From: a virus
Lineage: Duplodnaviria; Caudoviricetes
DNA: 60,102 nt
Virus record (IMG/VR): IMGVR_UViG_3300022221_000008
Coordinates: 1-60,102 of that record
Reading direction: 5' to 3' (one strand)
Shown here: in pieces, positions 8,685 to 18,468 of the stretch
Numbering within the stretch: the stretch's first letter is position 1
How the letters are laid out: the number at the start of each line of letters is the position of its first letter
The notes under the pieces: model-generated
What the model saw: the letters and a program-made list of their open reading frames with translations, nothing else
Told to the model about the DNA's origin: nothing
The model's database searches: none
Made by a program: the position numbers and the translations under genes

Positions 8685-10543
8685 TGGCAAGACTGCCTGA
8701 TCGCACACGAGCCTTCGGCGGTCGCCCCGCCAATCAGGACAGGCTGCCGGTTCCTTCTGGGCCGGGCAACGCCGCCGGCACTCTGCGGGCCGCCGTTGGC
8801 ACTCTTCCGAGAGGCGGTATGAATGCCGTCGCGCAGGCGATCCTGGATGTGGGGGCCGCGCACGAGCGTATCCAGAACCGGGATGCGGCGGTTGACCGAG
8901 CGAAGAAGATAACGCGCTTCAAGCAAACCGCGACCGATGAATTACGCCGCCTGCAGACCGAGGAAGACCTGTCGGACGACGAAGTCATTGGCTCCTACAA
9001 GGAATCCCTCGACAGCGCCCGCGCGGATTTGCTCAACGGTCACGGTTATTCGGCCGACAGCCAGGCGTCTCTGGCGGCTCAGTTCGAAGGGCTTCACGGG
9101 TCCGCCATGGCCGAGGCCACGGCCCTCAGCCTGACGGCCAAGCGGGCGGCGGTGGACGATCATCTGGGTGCGGCCGTCAATGAGATCGTTTCCTCCACCT
9201 ACGGGAACCCGAGCGCGGAGAATATCCTGACCCAATTCGAGGCGGGCACGCGCATGATCGACAACATGGCTCCCGCCTTGACGCCCGATGAGGAGCGAGC
9301 CTGGCGCCGCGCCGTCGAGAGCAACGTGGTCGAGGCCGCCGTCACGTCCTTTATCGACCGGGGAGATATTCAGCAGGCCGAGAAGGTCCTGCAGCAGACC
9401 GGTGTGAGCGAAATCCTCACGCCCGAAAAGCGGCAGCAGATTTTCAGCCGGATCGGCACCGCCAGGGCCGCGATTGCGAAGCGGCAGCCGACCAAGGGGC
9501 CGTTCGTGGTCGATGGCAAGCTGATTGCCGCCGACGGTCAGGTTCTATACGAGCCCGCCGCGACCGAGACGGACCCGGTCACGCTGCCGAGAAACGCCAT
9601 CCTGGTCAATCCCAAGACAGGCGCGACCATTGCCGAGAATGTTTCGGCCGATCCGGCCGCGACCGCGAAGGCGCTTTCCGAAGGCGCCATCCTGGTCGAT
9701 TCCCAAACGGGAGAAACCATTGCATCCAACCCGGCCGATCCCGACAAGCCCTTCGGGACCGGCGTCCGGGGCGGGGCGCTCAATGTCTTCTCCACCATGG
9801 CGACCCGCTTCGCCAGGGGGGAAACCTCGCCCGAGGAAGACCGGGTCTTCCTCTCCGCCGTGACGGACTACACCCAGGAAGAACTCAACCCCGAAACCGG
9901 CCTGATGCGCCAGCCCAAGGTGCCCGCCTTCGTCTCGCAAGCCTTAAGAGAACGGGGTATGGAAGATATCTTGGAGCCAGCCGAGCCGGATATCACTCGG
10001 CGTGCCTATCAGGCGGTCGGTGAACAGACCGTATGGGAAATCGCGGATAGCGGCAACCTGACTGGCCCGGTTCCGGTAATCGGACGCTTTATCGGCCGGG
10101 TGCCCGGATTGGGCGGCCCAGCGCCGGGTATGACCAGCGCGAAGTCCTATGTGGACGTGCTGAAGCGCGACCTGATCCGCACCCTGCAGAACAACCCCAA
10201 ATTCGCCGATGCGGAACGCAGGGCCATCGAGGCCGATGTGGATATCGGCGCCGATTTCTTCGACGACAAGGAAGCCTACAAGCAGCGCGTGATTGGTGTC
10301 GCGGACGCCCTGGAACGGCGGCTGGAATCCATGACCTCCATCGCCAATTCCAAGACGGCCGGGCGCGAGGAGCGCAAGTGGGCACGCAACGGCATCAACG
10401 CCATCGAGAACTTCCTGGAGGCGCTTCTGCCGCCGCGCGTCCAGACCCCCGAGGAGGCGCAGGAATTCATCAAGAACAATCCACCGGGCACCCCGCTCCT
10501 GGTCAAGGACGGCGACAAGTGGCTTGATATGGAAGTGCCGTGA
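8684..10543 (+). CDS. Internal virion (ejection) protein
   Basis: 619 aa, mostly helical; short internal repeats (AILVNPKTGATIA / AILVDSQTGETIA); synteny. Confidence 0.6.
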   Translation: MARLPDRTRAFGGRPANQDRLPVPSGPGNAAGTLRAAVGTLPRGGMNAVAQAILDVGAAHERIQNRDAAVDRAKKITRFKQTATDELRRLQTEEDLSDDEVIGSYKESLDSARADLLNGHGYSADSQASLAAQFEGLHGSAMAEATALSLTAKRAAVDDHLGAAVNEIVSSTYGNPSAENILTQFEAGTRMIDNMAPALTPDEERAWRRAVESNVVEAAVTSFIDRGDIQQAEKVLQQTGVSEILTPEKRQQIFSRIGTARAAIAKRQPTKGPFVVDGKLIAADGQVLYEPAATETDPVTLPRNAILVNPKTGATIAENVSADPAATAKALSEGAILVDSQTGETIASNPADPDKPFGTGVRGGALNVFSTMATRFARGETSPEEDRVFLSAVTDYTQEELNPETGLMRQPKVPAFVSQALRERGMEDILEPAEPDITRRAYQAVGEQTVWEIADSGNLTGPVPVIGRFIGRVPGLGGPAPGMTSAKSYVDVLKRDLIRTLQNNPKFADAERRAIEADVDIGADFFDDKEAYKQRVIGVADALERRLESMTSIANSKTAGREERKWARNGINAIENFLEALLPPRVQTPEEAQEFIKNNPPGTPLLVKDGDKWLDMEVP

Positions 10544-13299
10544 GCGAAGAGCCGAGCCTTGTAGACCTCTTCAAGCCGCGCGGCGAATCGACCTCGGCGC
10601 CGCCGCCCGCGAGCGTGAAGGACATGTTCGTGCCCCGTCGCGACGTGCAACCCGAAAGCAGCGTCTCGGCCAAGGTGCGGACGGTCGGCCAGGGTGCGAC
10701 GGCGGGGCTGGCTCAGGCTGGCCCTCCGGCGGCGGGCGCCTATATGGGCGCGAAGAGCGGCGCGGCCATCGGTGCCCTCGGCGGCCCCTATGCGCCCATC
10801 ACGGTCCCGCTCGGTGCGGGCATTGGCGCGATAGGGGGATGGTGGGCCGGGTCAGAGGCCGCGCCGGCCATCCAGGGGCTCCTGGCCAAGGTCGAGTTGC
10901 CCTGGTCGGACGAAACCCTGACCTTCGACAGCATCGAATCCGTGCCCAAGGAACTGCGGCCCTATGCGGTGGGCGGGGAAACCCTCGGTGCCACGGCTGT
11001 CTTTGCCGGCGCGCCCTACATGGCCGTCAGGGACGGGCTTCGCTTCGCGCCCAACCTCACGGGCCGGATTCTGAATACCATGATCGAAGGTGCCACCCAG
11101 GCGCCCGGACACTTTGCCGTGGCGGAACTCGCCATGGGCACTTCGGCCGGTATCGGGTCCGGCATCGCGGAATCCCAGTTCCCCGGCGATCCCATGGCGC
11201 GCATGGGCGGCGAGGTGATCGGCGGCTTCGCCAACCCGACCCGCTGGGTCATGACCGGCTATCGCATCACCGCCAACCAGGTCAAGAAGGTCGCCTCGGT
11301 CCTGTCGGAGTCTGCCCAGCGAAGCCGCGCGCAGGACTTCCTGATCGATGTCGTGCTGACCCACGGCGAAGACCCTGCCGCGCTGGTCCAAGCCTTGCGG
11401 GAAAGCGACATTCCAGGCTTGAACCTGACCGCAGGACAGAAGACCGGTTCTCCGGCGCTCCTGGCCCTGGAATCGAAGCTGATCGGTCAGAGCGAACAGT
11501 TCGGCGAGGCGTCGAGAAAGGCCGCCCAGGATGGCCTGGATGCCCTCAAGGGGATGATCCAGATTCTGGAGACGGCCGGCGATCCCAACTCGCTCCGCGC
11601 CGCCGCCCAGGCCCGTGCGGACTACTACACGATCCTGCTGAATGGCCGCGTGAGAGCAGCCGAGGAAAGTGCCCTCCAAGCGGCGGCCGATATCGACACG
11701 AGCGCGCCCGGCGCCCTGGCCGAGTATGGACGGCAGACCCGCGAAACCCTCATGAACGCCATGTCGGACGTGCGCGACCACGAGAAGGAGCTGTGGGGCA
11801 AAATCAATAAAAAGACCAAAGCCCAAAGCGATGCCGTCCAGGCAGCCTACAAGGCTATCCGGGCCGAACGGCTGCCGGAGGAAAGCTTGCCGGCGATTGT
11901 CGAAGGGTTTTATCAGCGGACCCGGCCCCAGGACGTTCTCGACGAGGCTGGGGAGGTGATCGGCCAGGAGGCGGTGGAGATCGACACCGGCGAACTGATC
12001 CGCTTTCGCTCCCGCGCGCTCGACCTGGCCAGGGAGGCGGCGGCCAAGAGCGAATGGAGCGATGCGCGCGTTTACGGTCAGTTGGCCGAGGCCGCCCTGG
12101 ACGATCTCGCGAAAGCCAACGTGACGGAGCCGGCCTATCAGGCGGCCCGCGACTACTCCCGGCAGTTGAACGACGTTTTCAGCCGCACCTTCGCCGGCAA
12201 GGCTTTGGAAAAGGGCCAAACCGGCGCGCCCAGAATCCCTCCGGAACTGGTCATGGAGCGGGCCTTCGGCGGCTCGGGGACCATGACGGAGCTTCAGTTG
12301 CGCCAGTTGGAACAAGCCGTGGCCTTCGCCGGCAAGGAACACCTGAGCCGGATGCTGGAGCTGCAGGAGAACACCCTGAGAGCGGCTGGGGCGCAAGCGA
12401 TCGACCCCACGACGGGCCGGGTCAACCCCGCCCGCTTGGCCAAGTTCCGCCAGGACAATGCCCAATTGCTGGAGCGCTTTCCTTCGGTGGCCGAGAACCT
12501 GAAGGATGCCCAGCAGGCCGAGCTGTTCTTGCGCGATACCATGGCGGGGCGCACCCAGGCGGAACGCGCCATCCGGGACCGGGCGGCCTTCACCAGCCTC
12601 CTGAAGGGCGAAGACCCCTCCCTGGCCTTGGGGCGGGTCTTGAACGGCGCCAGCCCGCGCCGGGAATTCAAGCAACTGGTCAATCTCGCCAAGAACGACC
12701 CCGCCGCCATGGCCGGGCTGCGGTCGTCCGTCTTCATGCACGCCTTCAACAAGGCCAACCGGATGGGCGGCTTTTCCTTCAAGACCTACCGGGAGGTCTT
12801 TTCCAGGCCGCTTTCGGGGAAGGAGTCCCTCCGGACCATGATGGTGCGCGAGGGCGTGGCAAGCGAAAGAGCCATGACCTTGCTGGACCGGTTCCTTGGG
12901 CGGGCCGCCGACATCGAGGACGCAGTGCGCCGCCGGGCGCCGATCGAGGACATCCCCGACAAGGGCGCGGCGGTCTATGACTTCCTGCTCCGGGTCGCGG
13001 GCGCGCGCTTTGCCGCCGTCGCGCCGACCGGCGGGGCGCACACGCTGATCGTCGGCGGTGCGGGCTCTCGGATGGCCCGGGCCGTGATGGACAAGATACC
13101 CCGTGGCAAGACCCACGAGTTTCTGATCGAAGCCTCGAAGAACCCGGAAATCCTTGCCGCAATGCTGGACTCGGGTAAATCGATCAAGGCGCAGCGGCGG
13201 CTCGCGCTCCAGATGAATGCCTTCCTGTGGCAATCTGGTATCCTGCGGGGCGGCCCTGCGGTGCAGGAGGAGGCGGAAGCCTTCTTCCTCGGCCCCTAG
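10540..13299 (+). CDS. Large internal virion (DNA ejection) protein
   Basis: 919 aa; Gly/Ala hydrophobic N-terminal segments followed by a long helical region; synteny. Confidence 0.6.
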   Translation: MSEEPSLVDLFKPRGESTSAPPPASVKDMFVPRRDVQPESSVSAKVRTVGQGATAGLAQAGPPAAGAYMGAKSGAAIGALGGPYAPITVPLGAGIGAIGGWWAGSEAAPAIQGLLAKVELPWSDETLTFDSIESVPKELRPYAVGGETLGATAVFAGAPYMAVRDGLRFAPNLTGRILNTMIEGATQAPGHFAVAELAMGTSAGIGSGIAESQFPGDPMARMGGEVIGGFANPTRWVMTGYRITANQVKKVASVLSESAQRSRAQDFLIDVVLTHGEDPAALVQALRESDIPGLNLTAGQKTGSPALLALESKLIGQSEQFGEASRKAAQDGLDALKGMIQILETAGDPNSLRAAAQARADYYTILLNGRVRAAEESALQAAADIDTSAPGALAEYGRQTRETLMNAMSDVRDHEKELWGKINKKTKAQSDAVQAAYKAIRAERLPEESLPAIVEGFYQRTRPQDVLDEAGEVIGQEAVEIDTGELIRFRSRALDLAREAAAKSEWSDARVYGQLAEAALDDLAKANVTEPAYQAARDYSRQLNDVFSRTFAGKALEKGQTGAPRIPPELVMERAFGGSGTMTELQLRQLEQAVAFAGKEHLSRMLELQENTLRAAGAQAIDPTTGRVNPARLAKFRQDNAQLLERFPSVAENLKDAQQAELFLRDTMAGRTQAERAIRDRAAFTSLLKGEDPSLALGRVLNGASPRREFKQLVNLAKNDPAAMAGLRSSVFMHAFNKANRMGGFSFKTYREVFSRPLSGKESLRTMMVREGVASERAMTLLDRFLGRAADIEDAVRRRAPIEDIPDKGAAVYDFLLRVAGARFAAVAPTGGAHTLIVGGAGSRMARAVMDKIPRGKTHEFLIEASKNPEILAAMLDSGKSIKAQRRLALQMNAFLWQSGILRGGPAVQEEAEAFFLGP

Positions 13300-13395
13300 A
13301 GCGACAGGATGAGAGCCTCTATGATGGCCGCGACGACGATGACGATAAGTACGAGGGTCAGTATCATTCTGGCCTTATAGGGAGACACCGAACCC

Positions 13396-14811
13396 ATGGC
13401 AACCACCGACCGTCTCCAGGGCTTCGATATCGGCGTGGCCGTCAAGCCGGCCTGCACCGTGGCCTCGACGGGAAACTTGACGCTTTCCGCAGCGCAGACC
13501 GTCGATGGTGTCGCGGTCGGCAACGGCGAGAGGGTCCTGGTCAAGGACCAGACGGACGCGAGCGAGAACGGCATCTATATCGCGGACTCCTCGACCTGGC
13601 TTCGCTCCAAGGACTTCGACGGAAGCCGGGACGCCATACCGGGAACCCTCCTGTGGGTGGACCGGGGCACCGCCAACGCGGGTTCGCTCTGGGTCGCGGA
13701 ATCCTCCTCGACCGCGACCTCTATCTCGATCGGCTCCAGTATCGCCTTCACGCAGATCAACCCAGCCCTTGCGGGTGTCTCGACCTTCTCCAACGACACG
13801 CTCTTCCCGCTCACCACGGCAGGCGCCTGGCGGGCCGGCCTCGGTATCAACGAGCCCGGCGAATCGGTCGTGACGGCGACCAGCACCGGTACGGCACGTT
13901 CTGCCCTGTCTGCCCAGGAAGACGTGATCACGACACAGGGCGATATGGTGAAGGGCTCGACGGCCGGCGCCGCAGCTAGGTTGGCGTTGGGGAGCAAGAA
14001 TTACCTGCTTGGCAGTGACGGCAGCGACGTGGTTTACGTTGGCGGCGTCAGCTTCCGTAGCTCTAGCTTCACGATTGGCACGACCGATAACAACAAACTT
14101 CTTTCCGTCAGCGCCAGCTCAACCGACATCACCATTTCATTTCCCGCCGTGGCGGATAGCGGAGATGGCCTGCGAGTCGGAATCCAAAGATCGGATGCCT
14201 CGACCAACACCATGACACTGATAGGGTCTGGTGCCGAAACCATCAATGGTTCGACCGCCTTGGCGCTTACGGTCCAATATCAGTCCGTGACCATCTGCGG
14301 CAGCACCTTGGCCTGGTACAAACAATCGGAGGTCAAGTTCTTTTCCGGAGCATTGCAGAGCCAAGTTTCTTCCACTTCCGGCACGGCGATCGAGTTCACC
14401 GGTATCAAATCAGATGCCCGCCGCATAACAATTATGCTCGATGGCGTTTCCGGCTCCGGCACGGACAATCTGCAAATTCAGCTTGGCACCGCGTCGTCGT
14501 ATGAAACGTCTGGCTATACTGGCGGCGTGGCAGAGATTACCACCGGTTCGAATGTTGCCAACTTTAGCGCGGCTTTCAGCGTGACGCGCACGCGCACGGC
14601 CGCCAGTGTAGCGACGGGTATCATCACTATCGTTATGATGGACCCCACAACTAACCGGTGGGCAGCTTCCGGCACCACTTCGGAAGTCACGGCCCGTACT
14701 CATACGATTGGCGGCGCCAAATCCCTGGCGGGCGTGCTAACCAGGCTGAGGATCAATTGGACCGGCTCGGATACATTCGACGCTGGTGCAATTAATGTGG
14801 TCATTGAATGA
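13396..14811 (+). CDS. Tail fibre / receptor-binding protein
   Basis: N-terminal QTVDGV...RVLVKDQTDASENGIY domain common in phage fibres; Ser/Thr/Gly-rich; lower-GC C-terminal half. Confidence 0.75.
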   Translation: MATTDRLQGFDIGVAVKPACTVASTGNLTLSAAQTVDGVAVGNGERVLVKDQTDASENGIYIADSSTWLRSKDFDGSRDAIPGTLLWVDRGTANAGSLWVAESSSTATSISIGSSIAFTQINPALAGVSTFSNDTLFPLTTAGAWRAGLGINEPGESVVTATSTGTARSALSAQEDVITTQGDMVKGSTAGAAARLALGSKNYLLGSDGSDVVYVGGVSFRSSSFTIGTTDNNKLLSVSASSTDITISFPAVADSGDGLRVGIQRSDASTNTMTLIGSGAETINGSTALALTVQYQSVTICGSTLAWYKQSEVKFFSGALQSQVSSTSGTAIEFTGIKSDARRITIMLDGVSGSGTDNLQIQLGTASSYETSGYTGGVAEITTGSNVANFSAAFSVTRTRTAASVATGIITIVMMDPTTNRWAASGTTSEVTARTHTIGGAKSLAGVLTRLRINWTGSDTFDAGAINVVIE

Positions 14812-14865
14812 ACCGAATATTGCCGATCAAGCAAGAACGGGAAGACTGCCGATTAAGGAGACGCC

Positions 14866-15090
14866 ATGCCTGCCCTGGACGAGAAAACCAGCCTGCCCCA
14901 TCACGTGGCCATGTGCGACCTGCGTTATCAGGCCATCCAGGATATCGGCAAAAGAGCCGATGAGGCGATCAAAACCATAGACCGTCGCTTGGCCAAGATC
15001 GAATGGTCGGCCCTTTGCGTGGCGGGCTCCGTGATCGTCCAACTGGCGGGCATTATCGTTCTGCTGGTGATGAAGATCATGGAAACGTGA
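14866..15090 (+). CDS. Small coiled-coil protein with C-terminal TM helix (XhlA/holin-like)
   Basis: AAGGAG RBS; hydrophobic C-terminus. Confidence 0.5.
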   Translation: MPALDEKTSLPHHVAMCDLRYQAIQDIGKRADEAIKTIDRRLAKIEWSALCVAGSVIVQLAGIIVLLVMKIMET

Positions 15091-15122
15091 AACCCCCGCC
15101 GCTCACGGGAAGCGACGGGGGC
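15091..15122. terminator. Hairpin between convergent genes
   Basis: CCCCCGCCGCT...AGCGACGGGGG inverted repeat. Confidence 0.4.
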
Positions 15123-15163
15123 GAGAGAGCACAGGAAGGAGGTTAGGCACTCTAGCGCAGGCG

Positions 15164-15424
15164 CTAGCGTTTCTCAAGCTTCGTCTCGACGATGGCGATC
15201 TTCACCGTGTGAATGTTCAATATCTCTTCGAGCCGGTGCTGGTTTTCTTCCACCGCCTTTAGCTTTTCAAGGATTTGCCTGTTGCCGGGTGACATGCCGT
15301 TCGGGGACCGGCTCGTGATCCATCTCCAGAGGCCCGCAAGGGCAGCTAGGACGACCGCAATGGCAGCCCCTATGGCTTCGATGGAGTTCTTATCTTGGGG
15401 TGCTTCCACTTCAACGCCAGCCAA
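15164..15424 (-). CDS. Small membrane-anchored coiled-coil protein
   Basis: One TM segment followed by heptad repeats; start codon uncertain. Confidence 0.45.
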   Translation of the reverse strand: MAGVEVEAPQDKNSIEAIGAAIAVVLAALAGLWRWITSRSPNGMSPGNRQILEKLKAVEENQHRLEEILNIHTVKIAIVETKLEKR

Positions 15425-15918
15425 GCAAAGGCAACCGTGATAAGCACCAAAGGAAGGCTGGTAAAGTCAGGGCCGAAAATGCGCCCGCAGATATATTCAG
15501 ACGCCCCACCACGATCTCCCACGATCACGTTGCACAGCAGATTTTCAAACAGCAGTGCATAGCCATCAGACAGGAGCAGAATAGCCCAAAGTATGATGGC
15601 GATCAAATCATTTTTCAACGGCGGGTTGATAAGACAAAAGACAAACAATCCACAGTATATTAACGCTCTTGTGTCTATGCCAATCAGGTAGATGGAGTAT
15701 TGGATTTTGTCCGAGTCTTTCAAACCCTGTAAGTAGGGTTCATATATGACCCACCAAGGATCGCCGGAGAACAAGATCCATGCATTGTAGAGGCCTATCC
15801 CCACCCCGAAACAGATCGGGGCGAGGACAGCATGGATGCTTGCTCCTGTCCTCCACAGGTAGAGGGCCATCAGGAAGCCAATAGCGGCACATCCCATCTG
15901 GACCCAGAAATCAATCAT
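15370..15918 (-). CDS. Multi-pass membrane protein, low GC
   Basis: About five hydrophobic segments; the ATG at 15918 overlaps the end of the upstream gene. Confidence 0.55.
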   Translation of the reverse strand: MIDFWVQMGCAAIGFLMALYLWRTGASIHAVLAPICFGVGIGLYNAWILFSGDPWWVIYEPYLQGLKDSDKIQYSIYLIGIDTRALIYCGLFVFCLINPPLKNDLIAIILWAILLLSDGYALLFENLLCNVIVGDRGGASEYICGRIFGPDFTSLPLVLITVAFAWLALKWKHPKIRTPSKP

Positions 15919-16186
15919 CGCGCTTGTTTTGCCGGAAAATCCGCGCAAGCAATGCGGTATCCACAAGCCATTCTGCGACACGACGAACGATCAGGGCGCA
16001 GGGTCCGCCACCGCCGGGGTCATCATCGATCAGAACGCTGAATTGTGGATGAACGAAGCGCTTGCCCCGCTTGTAGGCTTTGAGAGCCTGTTCCCAGACC
16101 TCGAGCATGTTCTTGTCGGCCTCTTCCGGGGTTTCCCCAACACCGACGATTCCAGTGGAGAGCATCTTAAAGAAGGTTTCAGGCAT
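15911..16186 (-). CDS. Hypothetical protein with HicB-like N-terminus
   Basis: GVGETPEEADKNM resembles the HicB GxTxEEAxxN motif; AGAAAGGA RBS. Confidence 0.4.
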   Translation of the reverse strand: MPETFFKMLSTGIVGVGETPEEADKNMLEVWEQALKAYKRGKRFVHPQFSVLIDDDPGGGGPCALIVRRVAEWLVDTALLARIFRQNKRDD

Positions 16187-16296
16187 AGCGGTTCCTTTCT
16201 GGGGGATAATTAACGAAAAGTAGCAGTTTTCTTAACGAAATGCCACATTTTATGCTATTCTACGCACAGTAGCGGCTATGGACAATTTCCCTATGG

Positions 16297-16617
16297 ATGG
16301 TTGCCATGGCGATCAACGACGACGGTTGGAAGCAGATACAGGATAACTTTGCCGCCAAGGGCGTTCACCTTTGCCCGCTTGAATGCAAGGTGTTGGATGC
16401 CCTGCTGGGGCGTGAGCGGGTCGTTCCTCAGGATCACATCGTTGATCATATCTATTGGGATTCGGAAGACGGCGGCCCGCTTCTAGGTCCCAGGCTGGTC
16501 CATGTGGTGGTGTGCCGGTTAAGGAAACTTTTACCAAAGTCCGGTATTCCTTGGCGGATCGTGACGCATTACACCATGGGCTACCAACTGAGGTATGGCG
16601 TCGATGAAGAGGTCTGA
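16297..16617 (+). CDS. Winged-helix DNA-binding protein (OmpR/PhoB C-terminal-like)
   Basis: LCPLECKVLDALL...VHVVVCRLRKLL...IVTHYTMGYQL pattern. Confidence 0.7.
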   Translation: MVAMAINDDGWKQIQDNFAAKGVHLCPLECKVLDALLGRERVVPQDHIVDHIYWDSEDGGPLLGPRLVHVVVCRLRKLLPKSGIPWRIVTHYTMGYQLRYGVDEEV

Positions 16618-16770
16618 CTTTGCAGATTACATCGCTCGCGCTCAGAACGATCCTGTGCGTATCTTTATCTGCGCCGGTCCGCCCAAATGCGAAGGCGAGC
16701 CCGAGCCCTGCCCATGGTGCCGAGAGATCATGTCGGACGATATGAGCGAAATTGAGGAAGCGACCGAACA

Positions 16771-17076
16771 TTGATCATCCTGAAGCATGGCGTCTCGACC
16801 TTCGGCATCCGCCCCGAACTTCTCCTGGCCCTCGTTGTGGTGGACGCCGTTTACCGGAAGTTCAACCACGATTGCGTCGTCACGTCCCTGTCGGACGGCC
16901 AGCATTCCAGTAACTCGCTCCACTACAAAGGGCTGGCGTTCGACACCCGGACCCGGCAGCTCACGGCGAGCCAAAAGACCGAGCTGCGCGATATGAGTGC
17001 CAGTGCGCTGGGAAAAGACTATGATGTGGTGCTGGAGAGCGACCACCTGCACGTCGAGTTCGACCCGAAGAGGTAA
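16771..17076 (+). CDS. Small endolysin, peptidase M15 / Hedgehog-DD-peptidase fold
   Basis: VVTS..DGQHSSNSLHYKGLAFD and DHLHVEFD zinc motifs; heads the lysis cassette; TTG start with GAGG RBS. Confidence 0.65.
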   Translation: MIILKHGVSTFGIRPELLLALVVVDAVYRKFNHDCVVTSLSDGQHSSNSLHYKGLAFDTRTRQLTASQKTELRDMSASALGKDYDVVLESDHLHVEFDPKR

Positions 17077-17079
17077 GGC

Positions 17080-17256
17080 ATGAAAGGCTACCGCACCATC
17101 ATCTTCAACGCCGTGATGCTGATTGGCTCCCTCAGCGGCGCGACCTTCAGTCCCGACATGGTGAACGAGTGGATTGAGGCTTTCGCCCTGGTTTGGACTG
17201 CTGGCAACATCATCCTGCGCGCCGTGACCAGCAGCCCGATCTTCAAGAAGGAGTAA
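17080..17256 (+). CDS. Putative holin (58 aa)
   Basis: MKGYRTIIFNAVMLIG...NIILRAVTSSPIFKKE has two hydrophobic helices; below the ORF-track cutoff, translated by hand. Confidence 0.6.
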   Translation: MKGYRTIIFNAVMLIGSLSGATFSPDMVNEWIEAFALVWTAGNIILRAVTSSPIFKKE

Positions 17257-17259
17257 CCC

Positions 17260-17553
17260 ATGCTGAAATGGAAGCCCATCGTCCTGGCCGGCCTTCTTGC
17301 TTTGGGCGGCTGCCCAAGCGCCGGCATCGAGGACAAGATCGTCGTGGCCTGCCAGGGCTACGCCGGCGCCCTCGTGACGGCGGCCGACGCCCGCGCGGCC
17401 GGCGACCTGTCGGAGAAACAGGTTGCCACTGTGGAGGCCGTGAGAGCCGCCCTGAACCCCATCTGCCTCGAGGGGCAGTGGGCCGACGCCGCTACCGCCC
17501 TGGCCGCCGTCGAGCGCGGCCTGGCCAACCTGCGCACCCTGGGAGGCAAGTGA
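17260..17553 (+). CDS. Lipoprotein (spanin-like lysis accessory)
   Basis: Signal peptide with LGGC lipobox; AAGGAG RBS. Confidence 0.6.
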   Translation: MLKWKPIVLAGLLALGGCPSAGIEDKIVVACQGYAGALVTAADARAAGDLSEKQVATVEAVRAALNPICLEGQWADAATALAAVERGLANLRTLGGK

Positions 17554-17717
17554 TGGACCCCGTGACTATCGCAACCGCCGTGATCCAGCTCGCCCGCGTG
17601 GCGGAAGTGCTGGCCAAGGCCGTCCAGCAGGACGGCGGCCTGACCGACGAGCAGAAGGCCCAGGTCAAGGCCGCGGTGCAGAGCGCCAACGACGCCTGGG
17701 ACCAGGCGAGCAAGTGA
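17553..17717 (+). CDS. Small lysis-cassette protein (54 aa)
   Basis: TGATG overlap with the lipoprotein gene; amphipathic helix. Confidence 0.5.
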   Translation: MDPVTIATAVIQLARVAEVLAKAVQQDGGLTDEQKAQVKAAVQSANDAWDQASK

Positions 17718-17874
17718 GCCTGCGCAACAAAGACCCGGAAGCGGGCTCTCTCGTGAAAGCGCCTTGCCTGATCGGCCTTGGAGCCTTCTTCCGCCTGGTC
17801 GACCCACGCCAAAAGCAGGGGCTCGTGATGCTCTGCGGACAGGGGCAGGAAATGCCGGACTTCCTGTCGGCGCC

Positions 17875-18468
17875 CTAGAACCTCCACCCCGCCTCAAGCG
17901 CGATCCCATGCCCGGTCAGCCAGTTGGGCACCCCGTCGCCGGTGGATGTCTTGGTCGTGCCCCAAGCCTGGTAACCCGCCCGCAGGAGCATGGATTTCCA
18001 CTCAACCTGTAGGCCGCCCTTGATCTGCCCCACGCCGACCAGCTTTGTAGCGCGCGTGGTGTCGAAGGCCGCCGGCCCCACCCCAACACCGCCATAGATC
18101 GAGAACGGCCCCCACAGGGCCCCTACGCCCGTCACGGCCCCTCTCAGGCCGGTTATGCGGATCGTCTCGCCGTCGGCGGTGGATTGCTGGTCGTCGTCCT
18201 TGCCGCGTCCCTCGTTCCAACCATGCTGTTTTTGCCAATGGTGGAAGGCTTGCGCGCCAACCCACACCTCCAGCCCATTCACTACGGGGACGATGTAGCC
18301 GCCCTCGATTGCGAGCTCGTATCCGGGCTGTGAGTCACACTCGATATGATTGTGATTCGATACCTGATCGCAGGACAGTTGAGCGCCTTGCAAGAGAACG
18401 TAGGGTTCCGCCCATGCCGGTGCGGCGAGCAGGAGAAGCGGGGCAATGAGCTTGGGTAGGTCAGACAT
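17875..18468 (-). CDS. Outer-membrane beta-barrel protein (Ail/Lom/OmpA-barrel-like)
   Basis: Signal peptide ending AWA, alternating beta strands (IYGGVGVG, IKGGLQVEW, LRAGYQ), and a C-terminal LEAGWRF beta-signal. Confidence 0.7.
   Translation of the reverse strand: MSDLPKLIAPLLLLAAPAWAEPYVLLQGAQLSCDQVSNHNHIECDSQPGYELAIEGGYIVPVVNGLEVWVGAQAFHHWQKQHGWNEGRGKDDDQQSTADGETIRITGLRGAVTGVGALWGPFSIYGGVGVGPAAFDTTRATKLVGVGQIKGGLQVEWKSMLLRAGYQAWGTTKTSTGDGVPNWLTGHGIALEAGWRF

Noticed and set aside
10852-13233. 793-aa minus-strand ORF (likewise 40489..43008, 5203..6540 and 55984..57267)
   Set aside because: These are antisense shadows of GC3-rich plus-strand genes, with no motifs or RBS.
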